Assembly: GCA_001600695.1 (NCBI GenBank)
Contig: BCKQ01000007.1
Span: 784,387-848,386, forward strand
DNA: 64,000 nt
Direction: 5' to 3'
DNA from: Ascoidea asiatica JCM 7603
Lineage: Eukaryota > Fungi > Ascomycota
Below the pieces are notes generated by a model that made no database searches, was not told where the DNA came from, and saw only the letters and a list, made by a program, of their open reading frames with translations. The translations under genes were made by a program, and so were the position numbers. Numbering within the stretch: the first letter of the stretch is position 1; the number at the start of each line of letters is the position of its first letter. Below, in pieces: positions 55,930 through 64,000 of the stretch.

Positions 55930-56590
55930 GAGTGAATCTGCATCGCACCGTGTTTTGTCTTTCCAGCACCATAAATATCTTCACAGCACCGTGTTTTTAT
56001 CTTCGGGAGCACCGTGTTTCTACACAGCACCCCCTGATATATCTCACGACGGGTAACCTATTAATATAGAAAATTTTTACTTGTTTAATAGTCAAATTAG
56101 TATGTAAAAAAGAACTTTCCGAAAATTAACATTTTTGGGAAATTTGCTTAAGTATGGGTCGGACACAAAAGTAGACAATTAGTGTCCGAGTGCCCGTAAT
56201 AACGCGTTCAAGAAGCGGTCCACCATAGTTAAGACCTGAGTATTTTTGGCCGGGCCGACGATTTGCCGATCAATAAAAAAAAAGCCCATGGTAATCCATA
56301 GGGAAAAAAAATTACAAAGAAAGGGTACGACATGAGCGCGACACAAATTAAGTGTCACGTTTGGTGGAGAAGTCATGTGCTCTGTCACCTGATGCAAGTC
56401 AGGTGAGATTTACAAGATCCTGTACCATGGTGTTTGAGATGCGTGTGACCACCCCCCCCCCCGGCAGCCGAAAAACCCAAAGAAAAACCTCTAATTTTGG
56501 GGCGGGGTAAGTCGTGGCAGAACTTTTTGAGTTACCCGGCTTCAGCGCGCATTTTTGCGCGCTTCTGCGCAGTTCCTTGAAGCTGGCTTA
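55930..56590 (+). repeat. MULE left TIR
   Basis: Reverse complement of 58593-59251 with only a handful of differences. Confidence 0.95.
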
Positions 56591-56691
56591 ACGAATTATT
56601 TGCATTAAAGGGGTTACATTTAACGGATATAAAGATATGCAAAAAAATAACAAATGATTTATTGAGCATATGCAAGGAAGTATATCTCAAA

Positions 56692-58530
56692 ATGGAAGAA
56701 TATATTGAAGAAGTTATTCCAGAAATTGATAAGACTGTCTTGTCTAAAAAAGAAATAAAGACATAGATGATAAACTATTTTAAAAAATCATCTTTAGGAT
56801 TACATATAATCAGAAGCGATAGCACTTAAATAATTTATCACTGCAAATACGGAGATCAGTACAGAGGTACAGGTCCAGGTTCTTCAAGAATTTCAAACTC
56901 AACACAAGTTAAATGCCCATTCTCAATCCCATTCCCACATTATATGAAATCCAATCAAAGGCAGTTAACCAAGATATGCAGTATACATAAATTCCACAGT
57001 CCTTTGGTCCATCCTGAAATACAGCCAGTTTTAAGAAGAAGAACCCCAGAAGTTAAGCAATTTCTTGTTTCAATGTTTAATCAAAATACAGTAAAGGCCC
57101 GAATTATTATCCCATTTGTAATAGAACAATTCCACCTTACACTCATTAATAAAGATATAGTCAACGAGCTTTATAATTATCGTCAACTGAATAAAAATCC
57201 ATTATACTCAAATGCTGCTGAAACTATCAATTACTTCAAAAATGCTGGTTATAAGGTGGTTACTGCTTTGACAGAAGATAACAAACTTCAACTTTGTTGT
57301 TTTCTCTCAGTTTCTGCAGAACAGTTTTTAGCAAACAACAAACTTGAGGTGTTGTATATGGATACAACTTACAGGGTTAATAAGTTCAATCTACATTTAT
57401 GTAATTTTGTTACAGAAAATATGAATGGCTCAACCATACCATTAGCTAGTTGCTTGATGAGTAGAGAGACATATCTTAATTATACCCAAGTATTACAAAT
57501 GTTTGTCTCATTTATTGAGCTGATTGTTGGTGAAGACTATTCTATTCCATTGATTCTCACTGATAGAGATAAAAGTATAAGAAAAGCTATTGAAGAGGTT
57601 ATTCCTGACACACATCACAGATACTGTTTGTTTCACAATAAGGCTAACATTAAAGCAAATTGTTATAAACATTTTGTTACGGTTGACTGTGTGTCTGAGT
57701 GGATTGAGTTTTTACAAATGTTTGATCTGTTTTGGACTACAGTGAGTAAACCTGATACTTTGTAAATTAAAGCCAAAATAAAAGATTTTTTGGAAAAATA
57801 TGCAAATGACAGTAAAGTCATTGACTATTTAGAATCTTTCATCTATGTTGATGAAGATCATTTTGCTATATCATGTTCACCAAACGATTTATTTATTCCG
57901 TCGTATTCATCTTCAAGAATTGAAAGTTTTCATGCTGCGTTGAAACAGTATTTGTCGGGAGCCACAATTTCGTTATTGGAAATGGCCGTGAGCTACAATA
58001 CATTTATTGAAGAGTTATTCCACCAAGCTGATGTAAAAAATGAGAGTCATTCCAAAAGGTATGTTTTGCAGAAAACGTTTAGAGACTTTTGTGGCGCCAT
58101 TATAAATATGTTCTCATATCAGTGTCCATGTATTCTTCTAAAAGAATATCAAGCAGCGGAAAGAATGTATAACTCCGATGATGAAACATATGTTTGCTCT
58201 AGCTGCAGAACAACATATTGTTTAAAAACACCATGTGGACATCAAATGCTTCAGCTACTTTGCATTTCTGAAAAGCTAAAACCGGATATGATCAACCCTT
58301 TTTATCGTAAAGTGTTGGTAGTTAATACGGACGAAGATGCAGATATTGTTGCTACATTGGCTTCGATAAAAGATATTGATTTTGTTCCTCGTCGCCAAAG
58401 TGTTGCTCCACAAAAAGACGTTCGTATTCCTACCGTGGCAGAGAGAGTAGTAGAGGAAAACCTTTATGCTACAGAATCGGAGCCCCCTTCTGATGTGTCT
58501 GAGCTCATGGACACTATCGAATTTAGTTAG
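56692..58530 (+). pseudogene. MULE transposase (FAR1-like N-terminus, DDE, SWIM) with three in-frame stops
   Basis: One frame throughout: HCKYG..KCPF, LYMDTTYRVNKFNL, ILTDRD..HRYCLFH, SSRIESFH, YVCSSC..PCGH. Stops at 56764, 56827 and 57763. Confidence 0.92.
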
Positions 58531-58592
58531 ATTTTCTTAGTATATACTCTATTTAGTAAATTAAAATATCCTTTGTTTTTTAGATAATTATA

Positions 58593-59251
58593 TAAGCCAG
58601 CTTCGAGGAACTGCGCAGAAGCGCGCAAAAATGCGCGCTGAAGCCGGGTAACTCAAAAAGTTCTGCCACGACTCACCCCGCCCCAAAATTAGAGGTTTTT
58701 CTTTGGGTTTTTCGGCTGCCGGGGGGGGGGGGTCACATGCATCTCAAACACCATGGTACAGGATCTTGTAAATCTCACCTGACTTGCATCAGGTGACAGA
58801 GCACATGACTTCTCCACCAAACGTGACACTTAATTTGTGTCGCGCTCATGTCGTACCCTTTCTTTGTAATTTTTTTTCCCTATGGATTACCATGGGCTTT
58901 TTTTTTATTGATCGGCAAATCGTCGGCCCGGCCAAAAATACTCAGGTCTTAACTATGGTGGACCGCTTCTTTAACGCGTTATTAAGGGCACTCGGACACT
59001 AATTGTCTACTTTTGTGTACGACCCATACTTAAGCAAATTTCCCAAAAATGTTAATTTTCGGAAAGTTCTTTTTTACATACTAATTTGACTATTAAACAA
59101 GTAAAAATTTTCTATATTAATAGGTTACCCGTCGTGAGATATATCAGGGGGTGCTGTGTAGAAACACGGTGCTCCCGAAGATAAAAACACGGTGCTGTGA
59201 AGATATTTATGGTGCTGGAAAGACAAAACACGGTGCGATGCAGATTCACTC
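58593..59251 (-). repeat. MULE right TIR
   Basis: Inverted copy of 55930-56590. Confidence 0.95.
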
Positions 59252-61879
59252 TGAAATGTATAATCCACTTATATTCCTTTATATCATCGTCTTTGTTCTC
59301 ATTATCTTCCTCTGTTTTGGAATTTCAAGTTCATCTAAGTTTTCTAAAATATACGTCTCTTCTTCGAGCTTAATATCTGCAACCAACTTGTTTGGGTCAA
59401 CTTATAACTTATACTGTTTAATTGACCTGGTGCGTCTCATATCTTTTAAATCAACCTGTACTCTTTCAAGACTTTGGGAAGACTTAATAAAATTTACCTC
59501 TCCAACTGGCTTAATAATTGACTGTTTTAACCATATCAAGCAACGAAGGTTTATCGCATTTAAAAATCTATTTGGAACATTATAAAATATTTCTTTAAGC
59601 TCCCTTCCCACAAACTTGGATGTCTTCTTACACCTTCTTTTTGTCTGATGGAACCAAAGGGTTACCTCTACTATTTCGTCTATATGAAGTACAAGTATTT
59701 TTTTGGAATAAAATATTTGGTTCCCAATACGGGAGTAGTGTTTATTTATTCTACCTACCTTTTCTACCAATGAATTATCAGGAGTGTTGTTAAAGAAATC
59801 TTCCATAGTGGCCAATTCTTGTTCAGAAAGGCTCAATTTTTATTTAACCTCAAAGATCTTCTTATGGATAGCTTGTAAGAATTCCACCGGTTTAACCATT
59901 TCGTTATTAAAAACAAGATCAAACATTTGTTGGGTAAATGTGGTTTTATGTTGAATACCGAAACTTTCAACATCTTCCTTCTCGAACAGATCATACAAGA
60001 AACCACTAAACTTTCGATCCATGGAGTGCAAAACTAAACTATTACTTTTTAGTTTGCGATTGCTTATTTTTAATTTGACTCGGATAGTTTTTCCAGTAAA
60101 AGTAAACACGGCTACGGTCATAAATTTCGGTAATTAGATCTTTGGAAGCAACTGATATTTTTGCCTTCTTATAAGTTATTTCAACGCCGTCACTGCTACT
60201 CTCCTCAGTGAAACTTTGTTTTCCATCGGAATTGAGAGTAGCAGAATTACCGCTAATGGATTGTATTTTCTGAGAGGGTAAGTTGAAACCATTATTATTG
60301 AATCATCTATTATCTTGAGCTATAACATGGCTAGGAAATTGTTTGGTCAGTTCATTTCTGACTGAAAGGCTCTCCAGCACTAAAGGTTCGTGTCCAAATT
60401 TTTGAGAATCATTGAGTTCTTTTTTCTTACACAGTTCTTGACTAGAATAAGTGTCTGTATCCAACTCCCTTTTTGAAATATCTGCTTTAGTGGAAATGAA
60501 GTCATAGTCTATTGGAGAGCACTTTTTATTTTTTGGACGTATGATTTGCGTCTCAATGAACTTATAGAAGGACTCATGTACAGTGTCAATGGACTGTTGT
60601 GATATTTGGAAGCAAGTTTTAAAAACATAAGATCCAGTAATTGAACTTTTTGTTTGAAACAGTTGAACCACAGCGAAGTATCAGGCTGCAAAATAACCAC
60701 AAGAATAACTGTTCTTTTGACTGTCAACGTCCATAAATATTTGTTTCCTACTAATTGAATCAGACGGGCACCTGAGCAAGAATGAAAGCATCATTTTAAG
60801 ATCTTTTTGCAATTCGTCTAAAATTTTTGACCCAGACAACGAGTCTAAAATATAACAAGTAGCATCCATGAAACTGGCTTTAATTTGGAAAAACACTGTG
60901 AGCCAGTGGTTGTGGTACAAATAGGGCATAACCAAAAACAATTGCTGCAGATCATCTGTACCAAATTCTGCAGACCACTTGGAGGATTTTAGAAAATTCA
61001 GCGTAAATTCATTTAACACTCCATTGGATGAAAATAAGGGAATCATATTGGGATTCAAATACAAAACAAAACTATTGCAGAAGTACAAAGCTTGCAGCAA
61101 ATAGTCATCAGCGCCTTCTGACCAATATATATCTGGAACTGAACTTAAAAGATATTTAATTGACAGGTGAACTAAACTATCATCAAGCCAACGTTTTCAA
61201 ATTATGGTAGACAAGCTTTCCTAATAAGGGTTGCCACATGATGATCCGTTAGACTCAATCAAAGTGGTTTCCTGCATTTTAAAATCCAAAATTGTATTAT
61301 GCTGAAGAGAGCAACGCAGTAATGGAAAGAAGTAGATTTTATTTTTGAACACAAACACAATTATTGTAAAAACCTTCTTTACCAACAGTTGTAATCTTAT
61401 TAATTTATTTTCTTAAAATACAAACTAGATTTTTCTTTTGAAGAATAACTTGTAGAAATATTTTTAGCGAACATTGTTATAACAGTTTTTTTGAGTTTCT
61501 GCAAAACGATCGTTAGCTTTGAAAATATTATTTATTGAAAGTTGTATAGAAAATGCGAATATTAATATTATTAAAATTTTTAATGAATTTGCTTATTATT
61601 GTGTAATAATATTATTATATTTCGAATCAGTTTTTTTATGGTTCTGTACTGCTTTTATTTCATATGAAATTTGTTTTGCTTTTTTTAATATTAAAATTAA
61701 TGTTGTTAGTTATAGTTAATATTAAAAATTTAAGTAAGCTTACAAGTATATTAATTGAAGCTTGGATTATTATTTTTATACTTATTGTAAATATTGTCTA
61801 GTCGGACTTTTTGTACTATTATATTTATACTTATTTTTGTATAGTATAACTGATATTATTATTTTTCTTTTATTTAATA

Positions 61880-62003
61880 TTACTATTTTTGAAAAGTATA
61901 ATTGTTATGATTATTATTGTTATTATTGTTATTATTGTTATTATTGTTATTACTACTATTATTATTATTTTTGTTATTTCTTGAATTTATATTTAAAGTG
62001 TTC

Positions 62004-62034
<31 letters not shown>

Positions 62035-62060
62035 GATTCTTATTATTAACTGTTTTATTA
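61880..62060. repeat. (TAT/TGT)n low-complexity tract (poly-Asn on the minus strand)
   Basis: Long imperfect trinucleotide run; ORF 61883-62125 is mostly Asn. Confidence 0.8.
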
Positions 62061-62299
62061 CAATTATTAATTTTTCGTTTTCCTAAATTTAATTTACAAA
62101 CTTTGTTTCCTGCGTTTGTTGTCAACGTACCACCTAAAGTCTAAAAAATAGATTTAGGATATGAGTAAATTGAAAAATTTGATATGTGTGAGGAGAAGCA
62201 AAAATAAAAAAAAAGTAAAAAGAAAGAAAGTTTTTTTTCTTTTGTTGTAGGCTACCGTGTGGAGAATAATTTCCATCAGGTTAGGAGGTCGTCACGCAG

Positions 62300-62372
62300 T
62301 CCCTTTCACGTGACTAATATGCGGTTAACCTACACATTTCCTTTTTTAAACACAATAACTCCCGTATAAAAG
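62300..62372 (+). promoter_or_regulatory. Candidate promoter: TCACGTGA E-box plus TATAAAAG
   Basis: TCACGTGA at ~62306 and TATAAAAG at ~62365, about 50 bp upstream of the ATG at 62418. Motif match only. Confidence 0.35.
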
Positions 62373-62417
62373 AGGTAGATTGATATTTTAATCTGCTTTT
62401 CAGAATTTATTTATTTT

Positions 62418-63102
62418 ATGTTTATTAAGATGGAACCAATTAAAGAAGTGGTGTTACTTTTGTCGTTAGCTCAAGCAAAAGTTAAGGTATTTGGGTCACG
62501 TGCCTTTGCAAAGTATGTTTATTATCCTGATTTTAAAAGTGTTTGTAAAAGAACGCCAATTCGAGTCAGCGCTGGGAAGAATGATTTTAGGGCTCTCGTT
62601 GTGAAAAAGTTGGTCAGGTGAAAGCCGTATCTTGTCGCCAAGGTTATGGAAGATCTTTGAATTTTGGCTGAGGGTGAAGCTACATCTAAAGGTATTTTTT
62701 TTGCACCGCTGTGCCGACAAGCCGCTAACCGCTTCCGAGATAGCCGAAATAAAATATTCAAAAGAAGAACAAATTAAGATTGCTAAAAAAAAAAGGGAAT
62801 TAAAAAATAAAATATTAACAAAAGATGAGGAGCTAAACATCATTAAAAAAAATACTAAACTCTCTGTTTCTAACGCTAGTTATAACAGGTTAAAAAAAAA
62901 ACTTGATTGTAAAGCCAAGTTAAAGGTAGCCGTTGCCAACAACAAAGCAAAAGAGGTTAAGGCTTTCCGGAGTAAGATTAGAGAGATGCACCGGAAGGAT
63001 TTTAAAAAGGTTTCCTTGAAAAATCTTATTATTCCGGATGAGGACGGATATGAAACGACATGTGGAAGTGGTGACGATTGCGAATCCGATGCAGAAAATT
63101 AG
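62418..63102 (+). pseudogene. Unidentified Lys-rich, coiled-coil-like protein with acidic tail (accessory ORF of the large element)
   Basis: Adjacent ORFs 62418-62621 and 62632-63102 probably form one disrupted gene that ends just before the right TIR. Confidence 0.45.
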
Positions 63103-63180
63103 TCTTCTTCTTTTGTTATGTAGATAAATCAATTCTGTTAGCTATAAAATAAATAAGGCTTTTGTTGTTTTTCCAAGAAA

Positions 63181-63615
63181 TTGGCAATTAACAGGTCAGG
63201 TGTAAGGTTTGTGGTTTTGTGCGCAACAAAAAAAAGTCGGTGGCGCACAGTGCGCGGAGCGCCCTAAGCCTAGAGCCTCCAGGAGGATATTGGGCGAATA
63301 ATGCGCGGAGACAGTGTTTTTTGATAGGTACCTGCTCTATCAATTCTCCATATTTTCGAGAAAAAAAAGTTTCCCGAGAAGCCATTGATGCAAAGAACCT
63401 GCTTGCCAAATTTGAAACGTTTTTGTGCTGTGAAAAGCTAGCTACAGGTTCTTCAAAACTGACGCTCAGATAAACGGAATTGCTTTTGTATGAGCGTGTC
63501 TCCCTCAAAAACAAACGATTTTTTTAGCTGAGCGTGATCCCTCGCTCAGAAAAGAAAAATATCTTTTACTTGAGAGATACACCGTCAATATAACTCTCGC
63601 TCAATTACATCGACA
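63181..63615 (-). repeat. Right TIR (end B)
   Basis: Inverted relative to 50044-50481. Its inner flank differs from that of both end-A copies. Confidence 0.85.
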
Positions 63616-64000
63616 TATATTCTTCAGTAATTTGAAGACATACTTCATTATTATCATAAAGTAATTTAGCTCCCTGCAAGAAAATTGATGGTGTTGATAT
63701 AAATTTAGTGGATTTGGTAAATATAATTCAGTAATTTTCACTGCTAAACAGCAATGTCTCTGTTGATTGTACTAGACGGTGCTGCCTAAAAAACGTAGAT
63801 GTTCGAATAGGGTACAAGAATTTTGTTAACGTCGTATGAATAAAGAAAATGTAATGACTTAACAAGTGTTGAATCAGCAGCACTTTCAATAATAATCTGT
63901 ATTAATTTTGGTTTTAATATTCATTTATTTAACAAATTCGAATATACAAATTTTACTTACTACAATTTATGTATTCCAGAACTAACCGGTGCTAATCCAG
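63616..64000 (-). pseudogene. Upstream part of the interrupted copia pol (protease C-terminal region)
   Basis: KFISTPSIFLQGAKLLYDNNEVCLQITEE joins in frame through the TSD to YIPIAKKK... left of 50044. Confidence 0.65.

Larger units (their letters stand above)
55930..59251 (+). mobile_element. Mutator-like element (MULE), 3322 bp
   Basis: GAGTGAATC...GATTCACTC ends, near-identical ~660-bp TIRs, TSD TGAAATGT (55922-55929 and 59252-59259), and a MULE transposase. Confidence 0.95.
54780..61277 (-). pseudogene. Ulp1-like cysteine protease / DDE integrase / CXC fusion transposase, split by the MULE
   Basis: WLDDSLV, HWLTVFF, YILDSL and QKNSYSCGYF (peptidase C48 H-D-Q-C); NYP motif; VQVDLKDM, YKWIIHFRDHFRKFSW..PL..KRA, LQMDN and RPRNPKANG (KRBA2/Ginger-type integrase); RCGCRKKKVACSLLC (CXC). 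Stops and frameshifts throughout. Confidence 0.85.
50044..63615 (-). mobile_element. 13.6-kb TIR-bounded Ginger-like DNA transposon with nested insertions
   Basis: Ends TGTTG... and ...CGACA, TATA on both sides (50040-50043 and 63616-63619), ~435-bp TIRs, and an internal retroviral-type integrase. The flanks rejoin into one copia reading frame. Confidence 0.8.

Noticed and set aside
55782-59585. Duplicated ORFs MLCRNTVLPK... and MHQVTEHMTS...
   Set aside because: They are mirror-image readings of the MULE TIRs. Only the tail of 55782-55929 is real integrase sequence.
54780-61277. Stop-codon reassignment as an explanation for the many in-frame stops
   Set aside because: Frameshifts co-occur, the TAA at ~59840 aligns with AAA in the other copy, and TAA/TAG end ORFs at expected positions.
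50146-63514. Similar ORFs MFL(S/R/T)ET... at 7593, 50146 and 63188 suggesting a small gene family
   Set aside because: All lie inside the TIR, start at TTG and are frameshifted relative to each other, so similarity reflects DNA repeat homology.

Overview
AT-rich eukaryotic DNA (probably fungal or yeast-like; the organism cannot be determined from the sequence). It is almost entirely nested, mostly decayed transposable elements, and no intact host gene, rRNA, tRNA or CRISPR array is visible. Recognisable elements are several Ty1/copia relics (1-306, ~3.9-5.9 kb, a full-length one at 36257-43176, and one at ~46.3 kb-end), a full-length decayed Ty3/gypsy (~21360-27797), a CACTA/EnSpm-type transposase relic, a ~340-bp MITE inside an LTR, and a young Mutator-like element (55930-59251, ~660-bp TIRs, 8-bp TSD). 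The main finding is a 13.6-kb element at 50044-63615 with TGT...ACA ends, ~435-bp TIRs and a 4-bp TATA target duplication. Removing it restores the reading frame of the copia pol it interrupts. It encodes a decayed fusion of an N-terminal Ulp1-like protease, a retroviral-type (Ginger/KRBA2-like) DDE integrase and a CXC domain, plus further unidentified ORFs. A second, diverged partial copy lies at 1206-7986 in the opposite orientation. It looks like an unusually large, multi-gene Ginger-like DNA transposon family. All alignments were done by eye, so boundaries of decayed relics are approximate.
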